From NCBI GenBank assembly GCA_963822585.1, contig CAWGIE010000033.1:1-64000 (forward strand): DNA of 64,000 bases, in the 5' to 3' direction. The stretch is from an uncultured bacterium (GTDB lineage Bacteria; Auribacterota; Erginobacteria; Erginobacterales; Erginobacteraceae). The position numbers were made by a program, and so were the translations under genes. The notes beneath the pieces were generated by a model. That model saw only the letters and a program-made list of their open reading frames with translations, searched no databases and was not told where the DNA came from. Position 1 is the stretch's first letter. Each line of letters opens with the position of its first letter. Below are positions 30,710 to 40,947 of this stretch, piece by piece.

Positions 30710-32188
30710 TTATTCCTTCTTCCCGGCATCCCCGGCGGTTATTGATTCCAACGTGAGCGAGCCGGTGGCGTGGGCCAGGTCGGCCAGGGCGATAAAGAGA
30801 TCTTTTTCCGAACCGATCAGCTGGCTCCGGGCGGATGAAAGGTCGCTCTGCGACTGGAGAAGATCGAGGATGCTCTTCAGGCCCGCGTTATAACTCTCCA
30901 GGGCAAGGTCATAGGATTCTTGCGAGGTCTCGAGAAATGCCTGGCTGAAGGTATATTTTCTGGCCGCGGTATTGAACGCGTAGAACTTGGTCCAGACTTC
31001 GGCGCTGGCCTGGAGTTCGGCCGCCGCCAGCTGCTCCCGGGCCACCTCGGCCTGCGCCGCGGCCTGGCGCTTCTTTTCCAGGTCGCTGAAACCGGTGAAG
31101 ATATCCCAGTTAAGGCTCAGATATCCCGTATACATGTAGCTGTCGTCGTATAGTTGGGGATCCTGGTTGTAACTGTACCAGAGCTTGTTGGCGGAGCCTC
31201 CGAGATTCAATGACGGCCAGAGGAAGGAACCGGCCACGTCGACCGCCGCTTCCTGCGCCCTCAGTTGGGACCGGAGAGAGGCAATATCCGGCCGGCTCTT
31301 GAGTCCTTCCTCTATCAAACCGCCGACATCGACATCGGATATCTCGGTGGGAAGTTTCCCGGCCGGGGGAGCGATCGTGAATACCGTGTCGGCGGGCAGA
31401 CCAAGCACCTGGGCCAGGCTGCCCTTGCTGGTCTCGACATTCCCCCGGGCGACTTCCAAGTTGTAGAGGGAATCCTCATAAGAAGACCGGGCCTGGAGCT
31501 CATCCAGCTTCGCGGAGAGCCCGACTTCGAATTTTTGCCGGGCAGCTTCGTAGGCTTTCTTGGTATCGGCAACATCGGCTTCGGCCGCTTCCAGTTCCGA
31601 ACGGGAACTGTGAAGCGTATAGTACGCCTTCTCAACATCGAACAGGAGGTCCTGAATCGACTGATTGAAGGAATAATTGGCCGCCAGAAGAATCTGCCGG
31701 GCTTCCTCGATACCTCCCCGAACGCCGCCGAAATCAAAGAGCAGGTAAGTCAACTCGAGCGCCGGACCGTAATTAATCTCGTCCGCATCGGGAGCGGCGA
31801 TGTTGGCGTTCTGAGGGTCCTTCAGGGTGTACCTCTGCTTCTGGTATGTTCCCTGCCCGGAAACGGTGACCTGGGGATAAAGCAGACTCTCCGCCTGTCC
31901 GACCTGAGCGGCGGAGGCGCGGGCACTGGCCCAGGACTGGCGGGTGGATGGATTATTCATCAGGGCGATATCCGCGCAGTTGATCAGCGCCAGGGGGGAG
32001 GATGTATCAATCGTTTTTTCCCGGATGGAATCCCAGACCGGGTCGTCCTTCTGCTCATCCCGGGCCCAATCCGGAGGAGTCCAGGGCTGAGAAACCTCCC
32101 CGGGGGGAGCCACCATCCGGCATCCCGAAAGGGACAGGAAGAGTAAAATCAGGCATGGGACTACGACATGATAGAGATAGTTTTTCAT
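30710..32188 (-). CDS. TolC-family outer membrane efflux lipoprotein
   Basis: Lipobox LSGC; AL.NNP, YP.V.V, LFDFG, RPDI, Y.AGL...LDLL. Confidence 0.9.
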   Translation of the reverse strand: MKNYLYHVVVPCLILLFLSLSGCRMVAPPGEVSQPWTPPDWARDEQKDDPVWDSIREKTIDTSSPLALINCADIALMNNPSTRQSWASARASAAQVGQAESLLYPQVTVSGQGTYQKQRYTLKDPQNANIAAPDADEINYGPALELTYLLFDFGGVRGGIEEARQILLAANYSFNQSIQDLLFDVEKAYYTLHSSRSELEAAEADVADTKKAYEAARQKFEVGLSAKLDELQARSSYEDSLYNLEVARGNVETSKGSLAQVLGLPADTVFTIAPPAGKLPTEISDVDVGGLIEEGLKSRPDIASLRSQLRAQEAAVDVAGSFLWPSLNLGGSANKLWYSYNQDPQLYDDSYMYTGYLSLNWDIFTGFSDLEKKRQAAAQAEVAREQLAAAELQASAEVWTKFYAFNTAARKYTFSQAFLETSQESYDLALESYNAGLKSILDLLQSQSDLSSARSQLIGSEKDLFIALADLAHATGSLTLESITAGDAGKKE

Positions 32189-32359
32189 AGCACGCTTCCC
32201 CAACCGGTTAACCGGCGGCAGTATTTCCGCTGTGATCCTGGAAGCATATCATAGAAAAAATCCCGGGCAAGAGATAAATAAACATCAGTGCTTCGCGCTA
32301 AGGTTAATTTAGTAACGTCCGGAGATTAAGGTAAATCAGAAGGATTCTCATCTATAGCG

Positions 32360-32481
32360 GATATCAGGTTATCAGCTATACATGGGCAGGATCCCCGAAC
32401 ATCAGGTTATCCGGACGCAAGGCGGCTGGCCTGACACTGGTATCCCGATCTTCTTCCTACTGATCCTCTGATTTTCTGATC
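32360..32481. repeat. GATATCAGGTTATCAG ... CTGATCCTCTGAT inverted element
   Basis: Same family at 61443-61566; reverse copy of arm near 47497-47510. Confidence 0.7.
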
Positions 32482-32614
32482 AGCAATTGTTTATTATTTT
32501 CCCGATTATCGAAATTCCGAAACTATAAGGATTATCGTTGCCCCCGGCAGTGAAATGGAGCATAATCATCTTATTCAGAAAACAATCAGTTAAAATTTTT
32601 CTCAGAAAAATTTT

Positions 32615-34489
32615 ATGTTCTGGATACTATTCTTAATTCTCTTTCCCCTGCTCCCCGCCGCCCTGCTGCCGGCGATCCGTTCCCGCCGACTGCAGGCCGG
32701 CATCGTGATCGTCTCCGCCGCCGCCATCGTCGCCGGCTCGATCGCCGTGAGCATCACCGGCCTGCAGACCGAACCCGGCCCGGAGGGTACCCGTTTCTTC
32801 ACCCTCTCCTCGCCTATCTGGAACCGGCTGGTGATCGCCGGGGACATCGCCCTGGCCCTGGTCTTCCTCTGGGTCTGCCGGCGACTCTCCTTCAAAAAAC
32901 TGTGGATCCCCCTCCTGGTGATCGTTCAATACGGCGCCGTCATCTATTACGATCTCAGCGGGCGCGTCCCCGAATCCCGGCGTTTCTTCTTTCTGGACAA
33001 TCTCTCCGTCGTCATGGCCCTGGTGATCGGTGTCGTGGGATCGCTGATCGCCGTCTACACGATCGGCTACATGCGGCGCTACCACGAGGAGCACCCGGAC
33101 ATCCCCGACCGGAGCAACCGGTTTTTAGCCGCAATCTTCCTTTTCTTTTTCGCCATGTACGGGATCATCTTCTCCCACTGCATCACCTGGATCTACCTCT
33201 TCTGGGAGATAACGACGCTCTGCTCGTTCATCATGATCGGTTACCCGAAGACCGCCGAAGCGACGGAGAACTCCTTCCGGGCTCTCTGGATGCTTCTGCT
33301 GGGAGGGCTCGGCTTCGCCGCCGCCATTCTTTACGTCTCGAACCACTGCGGAACGGTCGAGTTGACGTCCCTCCTCAGGATGGAGAAGGCCGTTGTCCTC
33401 CTGCCAGTTCTTCTGATCTGTTTCGCCGGGATGAACAAGGCCGCCCAGTTTCCCTTCTCGAAATGGCTGCTGGGCGCGATGGTCGCCCCCACCCCTTCCT
33501 CCGCCCTCCTTCACTCGAGTACCATGGTGAAGGCCGGGGTGTATATCTGCATCCGCTGCTCGCCGGTGCTCCGGGACACCATGGGCGGTGACCTCGTCGC
33601 TCTCATCGGAGGCATCGGTTTCCTGGTCGGATCGGCCCTGGGCATATCCCAGAGGGACGGCAAGAAAGTGCTGGCCTACTCGACTATCGGCAACCTGGGC
33701 CTGATCATCCTCTGCGCCGGGGTGGGAACACCCCTCGCCCTCTGGGCGGCGGTCATGCTCATCATCTTCCACGCGTTGGCCAAAGCCCTCCTCTTCCTCT
33801 GCGTGGGAACGGTCGAACAACAGATCGGCAGCCGGGACATCGAAGAGATGCACGGTCTCATCTCCCGGATGCCGCTATTGACCATCATCATGCTGGTCGG
33901 GATCGCGGGTATGTTCCTCGCTCCCTTCGGGATGCTGATCAGCAAATGGGCCGTTTTGGAGGCGCTGGCCCGCACGAGCCCGGTCTACCCGGTTATCGTC
34001 ATCTTCGGGGGATCGATGATGCTCTTCTTCTGGGGAAAGTGGATGGGGCAGCTGATCGCCGTCACCCGTCCGGAACCGCACCGGGAGAAAGGGATCGGGG
34101 TCGAGTGGGTCGCCCTGGGGACGCTGGCCGTTTTGACCGTGCTCATCTGCGGGCTCTACTGGGTGGTGGGCGTCTACCTGGTCGTGCCGCTCTTCGGCAT
34201 CGACCCGCTCCTGATGCGGGTCGATATCTGGATGGTCTCCGTCCTGCTGGGGCTGATGCTCCTTTTGCCGTTCGGGTTTTTAATCCGCTGGAAGCATCTG
34301 GTCCACGTCGATCCTTACCTGGGAGGAGCCAACGTGGCCGACCCCCACATGTTCATGGGTTCCCTGGGGACGGAACGCTACTGGTGGTTCAACAACTACT
34401 ATCTGAAAAATTTTTTCCCCGAGCAACGGATCACGTTGCTCGCCAACACGGTGACGATCGTGCTCTTGATTATCATGTTGTTTTATTAA
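32615..34489 (+). CDS. echA: Ech hydrogenase subunit A (NuoL-like antiporter subunit)
   Basis: LFWEITTLCS, KAAQFPFSKWLLGAMVAPTPSSALLHSSTMVKAG, PFGMLISKW. Confidence 0.9.
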   Translation: MFWILFLILFPLLPAALLPAIRSRRLQAGIVIVSAAAIVAGSIAVSITGLQTEPGPEGTRFFTLSSPIWNRLVIAGDIALALVFLWVCRRLSFKKLWIPLLVIVQYGAVIYYDLSGRVPESRRFFFLDNLSVVMALVIGVVGSLIAVYTIGYMRRYHEEHPDIPDRSNRFLAAIFLFFFAMYGIIFSHCITWIYLFWEITTLCSFIMIGYPKTAEATENSFRALWMLLLGGLGFAAAILYVSNHCGTVELTSLLRMEKAVVLLPVLLICFAGMNKAAQFPFSKWLLGAMVAPTPSSALLHSSTMVKAGVYICIRCSPVLRDTMGGDLVALIGGIGFLVGSALGISQRDGKKVLAYSTIGNLGLIILCAGVGTPLALWAAVMLIIFHALAKALLFLCVGTVEQQIGSRDIEEMHGLISRMPLLTIIMLVGIAGMFLAPFGMLISKWAVLEALARTSPVYPVIVIFGGSMMLFFWGKWMGQLIAVTRPEPHREKGIGVEWVALGTLAVLTVLICGLYWVVGVYLVVPLFGIDPLLMRVDIWMVSVLLGLMLLLPFGFLIRWKHLVHVDPYLGGANVADPHMFMGSLGTERYWWFNNYYLKNFFPEQRITLLANTVTIVLLIIMLFY

Positions 34490-34625
34490 TCACCTCCATC
34501 TCACGAGATATGAAGACGGCACATTATACAAAAGGGAGTAATGGAGTAGTGGAGTATTGGAGTGATGGGACCGCCCCCCATCATTCCACCACTCCATCCT
34601 TCCATCACTCCGTTCAACTTTTCCC

Positions 34626-35489
34626 ATGACACTGCTCTTGATACTCGGCTTTCTGTTCCTTGCACCATTAGTTGGCGGCCTCATCTCGGGGCTGGACCGG
34701 ATCATCACCGCCCGGATGCAGAGCCGGTACGGCCCCCCGGTCCTGCAGCCCTTCTATGACGTGTTCAAGCTCTTTGAGAAGCAGAACCTGACCGTGAACC
34801 GGTTCCACGGATACTATCTGATCTGTTTCCTGATTTTCGTCATCCTCAGCGGCGTCATGTTCTTCGCCGGTATCGACCTGCTCCTGATCATCTTCGCTTT
34901 CACCGTGGCCGACATCCTCCTGGTCCTGGCCGGATACTCGACCAACTCTCCGTACGCCTCGATCGGTTCCGAGCGGGAACTCCTCCAGATGCTGGCGGCG
35001 GAGCCGATGCTCCTGCTCACCGGTGTCGGATTCTACATGGTGACCGGCAGTTTCCAGGTCTCGGAGATCTGCCGGACGGCGATGGCCGGCAAACCCCTGA
35101 TCCTTTACCTCCCGGGGGTCTTCATCGGGCTCACATTCGTCCTCACCATCATGTTCCGGAAATCCCCCTTCGACATCTCCACATCCCATCACGCCCACCA
35201 GGAAGTGGTCAAGGGGATCACGACCGAGTTCGCCGGACCTTCACTGGCGGTGATCGAGATCGCCCACTGGTACGAGACAATACTGCTCCTGGGATTGATC
35301 TACCTTTTCTTCTCCTTCAATCCGGTGGTCGGCGTTCTGGCCGCGCTCTTCGTGTATTTTCTCGAGGTCCTGATCGACAACGTCAACGCCCGGATCAAAT
35401 GGGAGCTGATGCTGAAGGCGGCCTGGCTGGTCACCCTGGCGGCGGGGGTGTTGAATATAGTGATATTGTATCTGGTCTTTCATTATTAA
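34626..35489 (+). CDS. echB: Ech hydrogenase subunit B (NuoH-like)
   Basis: GLDRIITARMQ.R.GPPVLQPFYDV.KL, KSPFDISTSHHAHQE. Confidence 0.92.
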   Translation: MTLLLILGFLFLAPLVGGLISGLDRIITARMQSRYGPPVLQPFYDVFKLFEKQNLTVNRFHGYYLICFLIFVILSGVMFFAGIDLLLIIFAFTVADILLVLAGYSTNSPYASIGSERELLQMLAAEPMLLLTGVGFYMVTGSFQVSEICRTAMAGKPLILYLPGVFIGLTFVLTIMFRKSPFDISTSHHAHQEVVKGITTEFAGPSLAVIEIAHWYETILLLGLIYLFFSFNPVVGVLAALFVYFLEVLIDNVNARIKWELMLKAAWLVTLAAGVLNIVILYLVFHY

Positions 35490-35644
35490 GTTCAATCATC
35501 GAGCCACAGAGGATAATGTGGAGTGATGGAGTAATGGAATAATGGAGTGATGGAAACGGGCCCGGATTCACCGTCCCAACACTCCAATACTCCCTTCTGA
35601 CATGGTAAAACGTTACGGATTTCATTAGACGATAGGAACCGATC

Positions 35645-36157
35645 ATGGCTTTTATCAAGAGGTCTCCCTGGATCATTCACTACGACGGCTCGAGCTGCAA
35701 CGGCTGCGACATCGAGGTTCTGGCCTGCCTGACCCCGATGTACGATATCGAGCGGTTCGGGGCGGTCAACATGGGAAATCCCAAGCATTCCGATGTCCTC
35801 CTGGTCACCGGGACGGTCAACACCCAGAATCTGGAAATTATCCGCGTTATTTATCAGCAGATGGGCGACCCCCGGGTGGTGGTCGCGATCGGGGCCTGCG
35901 CCGGGAGCGGCGGGATCTTCCGCCAGTGCTATAATGTCCTGGGAGGGGTCGAGAAGGCGATCCCGGTTGACGTCTACGTCCCCGGCTGCCCGGCCCGGCC
36001 GGAAGCGATCATTGACGGGGTCGTGCGGGGGCTGAAAATCCTGGAAGAGAAGAAGCAGACGGGGGAGATCACTCACGCCGAGGGAAGCGGAGACGAAACC
36101 CGGGAACTTTCCCCGGTGCCGGATTTGAATGTTCCGGAGGGAAAAGATGACCGTTGA
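35645..36157 (+). CDS. echC: Ech hydrogenase small subunit C
   Basis: SCNGCDIE, IGACA, VYVPGCPARPEAI. Confidence 0.93.
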   Translation: MAFIKRSPWIIHYDGSSCNGCDIEVLACLTPMYDIERFGAVNMGNPKHSDVLLVTGTVNTQNLEIIRVIYQQMGDPRVVVAIGACAGSGGIFRQCYNVLGGVEKAIPVDVYVPGCPARPEAIIDGVVRGLKILEEKKQTGEITHAEGSGDETRELSPVPDLNVPEGKDDR

Positions 36158-36385
36158 AAGAAAAGTGAAAGAACGAACGTCCAACATCGAACGTTGAGCG
36201 TCAGCGCAGAGAGCAGAGCGCAGAGAGCAGAGCGCCCGGAAAAAGACTGAACATCGAACGTCGAACGTTCAACATCGAACATCGAACGAAAAGCCCCGAA
36301 GGGGCGATATTCAATAGGCCAGGGCGTTAGCCCTGGTTTCCTGGGCGACAGCCCCGGTTAATAAAATTTTCCAAAGGAAAATTTT

Positions 36386-36826
36386 ATGTTTGAAGAAGAG
36401 AAGATCATACCGATAGAGAAGAAAGATCTGTTGGAGAAAGTCAAGGAGATGGCCGACGGGGGGTACCGGCTGGTCCAGATCGGCTGCACGCCCCTGGCGG
36501 AGCTGCAGCTGGATTACAGTTTCGACCGGGAGGGGAAGTTCGTCGACCTGAGGGTAATGCTCCCCCGGGAAAAGGCGCAACTCCCCAGCATCACCGGCAT
36601 CTACCTCTGCGCCTTCACCTATGAGAATGAGCTCCACGATCTCTTCGGGATCGCGATAACGGATCTCGCGGTCGATTACGGCGGCAATTTTTACCGGACG
36701 GTGGGGAAACCACCGATGTCGCCTCCCGCTGCCGTTACGGATGATAAAAACCCGCCGCTTAAAAATACCGGACAGAAAAAAACTGATGAAACCACGAAGG
36801 ACACGAAGGTCACGAAGGATTTATAA
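36386..36826 (+). CDS. echD: Ech hydrogenase subunit D (NuoC-like)
   Basis: GYRLVQI.C, YSFD, PSIT.IY..AF.YENE.HDLFG. Confidence 0.9.
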   Translation: MFEEEKIIPIEKKDLLEKVKEMADGGYRLVQIGCTPLAELQLDYSFDREGKFVDLRVMLPREKAQLPSITGIYLCAFTYENELHDLFGIAITDLAVDYGGNFYRTVGKPPMSPPAAVTDDKNPPLKNTGQKKTDETTKDTKVTKDL

Positions 36827-36990
36827 AAACAACCATACCCTGATTAGCTATTTTATAATTTCAATAAATGCAATGGTAGTCGTAGGCTTTAGCCTGCGTT
36901 GAGTTCTTTCTTATTCTTCGTGTCCTTCGTGATCTTCGTGGATATAAATATCTATTATCTTAATAAACAGGTTGCCGATTAATAACTATT

Positions 36991-38071
36991 ATGGGCACGC
37001 GAACGATAATTCCCTTCGGTCCCCAGCACCCGGTGCTGCCGGAACCGATCCATCTTGACCTGGTCCTGGAAGACGAATGGGTATTGGAGGCGATCCCCTC
37101 CCTGGGCTTCATCCACCGGGGGCTGGAATTCCTCTGCCTGAAAAAAACCTTTCTGGAGATGGCCTACGTCGCGGAGAGGATCTGCGGGATCTGCAGCTTC
37201 ATGCACGGGATGGGTTACTGCCGGGGGATCGAACAGATCATGAAGATCGAGATCCCTCCCCGGGGGTCCTATCTCCGGGTCTTCTGGAGCGAACTCTCCC
37301 GTATCCACAGCCATCTCCTCTGGCTGGGGCTGACGGCCGACGCTTTCGGCTACGAGAGCCTCTTCAACCACTGCTGGCGGATCCGGGAGAAGATTTTGGA
37401 TATCATCGAGGAGACAAGCGGCGGACGGGTCATCTTCGGCGTCTGCATGGTGGGCGGCGTCCGCCGGGACGTGGCCGACGAGAATTTGAGGGCGATCGCT
37501 GGAAGGCTGAAGGCGATCGAAGATGACTATCGGAGTATATCGGCCGTCTTCATCAAGGACTATACCGTGGCCCACCGTTTATCCGGGGTCGGGGTGCTCG
37601 ATGCCGGGGAAGCCCACCTTCTCGGCGCCGTGGGACCGACCGCCCGGGGGAGCGGCCTCCCCCAGGACCTGCGCACACTGGGCTACGAGGCCTACGGCGA
37701 CCTGGACTTCGAGCCGATCCGGGAAGAGTCCGGCGACTGTTACGGGCGGTGCCTGGTCCGGGTCCGGGAGGTTCATCATTCATTCGACCTGATCCGCCGG
37801 GCGATCGCGTAAGATGCCCGGGGGAGAGGTCGCGGTCAAGGTGACGGGACTCCCGGAAGGAGAATACTTTTCCCGGGTCGAACAGCCGCGGGGGGAGGTC
37901 GTCTACTACGTGAAGGGCAACGGGACGAAATTTTTGGACCGTTTCCGGGTCCGGACGCCCACCTTCGCCAATATCGCGCCGCTGGTCAAGATGCTGGAGG
38001 GATGCGAACTGGCCGACGTGCCGGTCATCGTCCTCTCGATCGATCCCTGCATCAGCTGCGCGGAACGTTAA
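36991..38071 (+). CDS. echE: Ech [NiFe]-hydrogenase large subunit E, split by one extra T at 37810
   Basis: PFGPQHPVLPEP, ERICGICS, EQPRGE, terminal DPCISCAER-stop; deleting T37810 restores ...AIA-KMPGGE. Confidence 0.92.
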
Positions 38072-38365
38072 TTTTAATCATCTTTGGTTATTTAATATTA
38101 ACTGAGGAATCAACCTTAATTGGATTGGCCCGCAGCTGATAAATCCCAAATAACAAATCACAAATAACAAACAAATCCCAAATTCCAAATAACAAACTTG
38201 CGCAGCACTTGGTCGGCTGAACTATTATTATTCGTTCCATGTCATCAGATTAATTAGGTGCTCAAAAAAGAGGTCGCGGCAGGGGGAACATCATCCTATT
38301 CAATCACATCAAATCGTCTGTTAAAAAGAGGGCGAGGTTGAGGGCGTTTAAGAGGGTATATTCGT

Positions 38366-38737
38366 ATGCAGGATGTGCCGGCAATTGAGATGCTATGGAC
38401 GGTTCTGAAGAGCCTCTTCAGGAAATCGGCCTGCAAGATGTACCCGAAAAGGCCGGCCACCCGATTCACGGCCACCCGGGGACACATCGTTATCGACCCT
38501 TCCGCCTGCATTCTCTGCTCGATCTGCGCGAGGAACTGTCCCCCCGAGGCACTGATCGTCGACCGGGAAAATCATTTCTGGTCCATCGATCGGCGGCGGT
38601 GCATCCTCTGCGGGTCCTGTGTCGAAAAATGCCCCAAGCACTGCCTCACCATGGAGAACGCCTACGCCGCCCCCGCCACCGATCCCGGGATCGAACAGGT
38701 CCCCGTCTCTCCCCCGACGCCGGGTGGAAAACAGTAA
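38366..38737 (+). CDS. echF: Ech hydrogenase subunit F, 2x[4Fe-4S]
   Basis: CILCSICARNCP and CILCGSCVEKCP; start uncertain (38366, 38375 or 38390). Confidence 0.9.
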   Translation: MQDVPAIEMLWTVLKSLFRKSACKMYPKRPATRFTATRGHIVIDPSACILCSICARNCPPEALIVDRENHFWSIDRRRCILCGSCVEKCPKHCLTMENAYAAPATDPGIEQVPVSPPTPGGKQ

Positions 38738-38936
38738 TCGGTGATCGGTAATCGGTAATCGGTGATCAGTAATCGGTAATCAGTAAAAGCTTCGCCGGGG
38801 CGCGGGCGGGCAGGCGAGAATGCCGGCTCGTAGAGGGAAAAAGGCGAACAAAAGTCAGTCATCCCGGACCTATCAGAACCCGGGGGTTCTTGCTCGGGAG
38901 TGGCGAAAGTGCCCTGGAAACCGGGAAATATCCCTC

Positions 38937-39203
38937 TCAAGCTACCCTGGCGGGGGAGTTAGGGATTTCTCGCGCGCGCATGTCCGCCAGGGTGAAGAAG
39001 GCGACGGTGAAGATGAGAAGAGTTTCCTCCAACGCCTCCATCCATCCGGGAGAGGTCTGGGGCGTTCGATGGATGAGGAAAGGCACGTCAAGGGCTTCGT
39101 CCAGCCACACCAGGGCGCCCAGAATCAGGAAAGCGGCAACGACCGTCCCGTAGACCGCCCGCTTCAGCCGGCGGACATCAATCTCTGCTCGTTGACGATT
39201 CAT
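38937..39203 (-). CDS. Small two-TM hypothetical protein
   Basis: 88 aa, two hydrophobic segments, WLDE.LD.P. Confidence 0.55.
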   Translation of the reverse strand: MNRQRAEIDVRRLKRAVYGTVVAAFLILGALVWLDEALDVPFLIHRTPQTSPGWMEALEETLLIFTVAFFTLADMRAREIPNSPARVA

Positions 39204-39250
39204 TTAACTATCAATTCAACTTTGGGCCGATCTGCCGGGCGGATATCCAT

Positions 39251-40882
39251 TCAGTGCCGTAAGGGTAACCGATACAGAACCGTTCTCCGGCCCCGCCATT
39301 CAACCGAATGCAGTTTTTCCAAACCCCAATGATCCATGCTCTCGTCAAGAAGTTGGGATAACGCCGGCCGGGTTTGCGGGATGGTCCATTCGTCGATTAC
39401 CAGATAATCCGCCCCCCGACTCTGAGCGAACTCCAGGGCTTCTCGACGAGTCCCCGGGTGAATCAGGGCATGTCCCGAATCGGAGTAGAACGGCACGCCC
39501 ATTTTCCGGCTCATCACGAGGCTTTTTCCCACCCCGGGGAGGTTGTCCCTCATCCACAGCCCGAGGATCTTGTATTCATAAGGAACTCCCTCGATCTTCC
39601 GCGGGATCAGGTAAAGCGAACCCGCCGTCATCACGATGAGAATAACAAAAGCGGGCGCCCACCCCAAGATCGCTGCCAGCGGGGTACGGCTTCGACTACA
39701 TCTTTGGCGCCAGGTTTCACACCCGTCAGCGAGCAGGATTAAAAGGAGCGGGAGAAAAAAATAGCAATAGCGGATCTCAACCACGGTGAATATCTGATAC
39801 AGAAATGACGTCCCCAGGAAGAGAAGTAAAAAGGTGTCCCGAAAGCGCCAGCGAACGGCGGTGAGCCTGCGGACGGCTATCAGGATGAGGAGCAGGATCG
39901 TCGCCGCGACCGCCACGTTGATGACGTGCCGGTTCACGGGAAGTTTCCGCGCCTGGGGGTGGCTCCCGAGGTCGACCAGAGAAAGAACATTTCGGAACAG
40001 GTTGGCGAAGATGATCCCCCTGCGTTGCCAGAGAAAGCCAGTCGTTCCTCCACCCTCCTCCCAATCTTTGAGGAATTCTTTTTGATGCTCATATATGTAA
40101 AAATTGACCCGTTCCCAGTCGTTGCTCATTTGCGGTGTAAACGTATATGGGGTGCGACCACTGAGCATCCATTTGCCTAAGTGCCGATGGAGGAAATTCC
40201 AGTACGGGCAGCTGACCACAATAAAACCTATCATGAGGCCGGCCCCGGAAACGAGAACCGGTTTCCATGCTTTGCAATTACCGATCTTCTTCAGTGCCGG
40301 CAGAATCAAACCGAGGGGAAGCAGAACGAGCGCTTCGGGGCGGGTCAGATAGCTCAAGCCGATTGCCAGGCCTCCCGCCAGGCCGAAAAGCCAGGAGGGG
40401 TGCAAAGCTGAGTGATAGAGAAGTGCGGCGGAAGAGGTAAGCAGCAGGGTGTAAAGAGCAAGGGGCCTGATCTCAGTGGCGCCAAAGATAAATCCAGGGA
40501 ACACAGCTGCCATCAAGGCGCCCAGGAGCGCGACCCGGCCCCCGAACATATCCCGGCCCAGGAAGAAGATAGGAGCCACGATCAGGCTACAAGCAATCAC
40601 TGACACGATCTGGCCCGCGAATTCGAGGTCGCCGGACAGCTTCCAAGCGAGGCCGACCAGCACCGGATAAAGAGGGGAATGGATGGTTTCCGGTTGGCCA
40701 CGGGAAGTGAAGCCGTTGCCCGAAAACAAGTTGCGGCCCGCCCAGGCCATCGCCACGCCATCCATGCCGCCGTCGGTCCCGACAAACCGGTAGTGATGGA
40801 GCGCCCAAAGCCCGAGGCAAAGGGAAAAGATATAGATTGCCAGCAGGACAATGAGAGAGTTTCGGTATCGAAAAGAAGTCAT
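39251..40882 (-). CDS. GT-C fold membrane glycosyltransferase (ArnT/PMT-like)
   Basis: D....A.N, HSPLYP, SYLTRPEA, multiple TM, GADYLVIDE. Confidence 0.8.
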   Translation of the reverse strand: MTSFRYRNSLIVLLAIYIFSLCLGLWALHHYRFVGTDGGMDGVAMAWAGRNLFSGNGFTSRGQPETIHSPLYPVLVGLAWKLSGDLEFAGQIVSVIACSLIVAPIFFLGRDMFGGRVALLGALMAAVFPGFIFGATEIRPLALYTLLLTSSAALLYHSALHPSWLFGLAGGLAIGLSYLTRPEALVLLPLGLILPALKKIGNCKAWKPVLVSGAGLMIGFIVVSCPYWNFLHRHLGKWMLSGRTPYTFTPQMSNDWERVNFYIYEHQKEFLKDWEEGGGTTGFLWQRRGIIFANLFRNVLSLVDLGSHPQARKLPVNRHVINVAVAATILLLILIAVRRLTAVRWRFRDTFLLLFLGTSFLYQIFTVVEIRYCYFFLPLLLILLADGCETWRQRCSRSRTPLAAILGWAPAFVILIVMTAGSLYLIPRKIEGVPYEYKILGLWMRDNLPGVGKSLVMSRKMGVPFYSDSGHALIHPGTRREALEFAQSRGADYLVIDEWTIPQTRPALSQLLDESMDHWGLEKLHSVEWRGRRTVLYRLPLRH

Positions 40883-40947
40883 AGAAGATTATCGTAGCCG
40901 CCCCGAAAGCTTTCGGGGTGCACCCTGAAAGGTGCAGCTACCGAAAG

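Noticed and set aside
37800..37816. Stop-codon readthrough or selenocysteine in echE
   Set aside because: The stop is TAA and the downstream part is in another frame; one extra T explains it, and all Ni ligands are Cys
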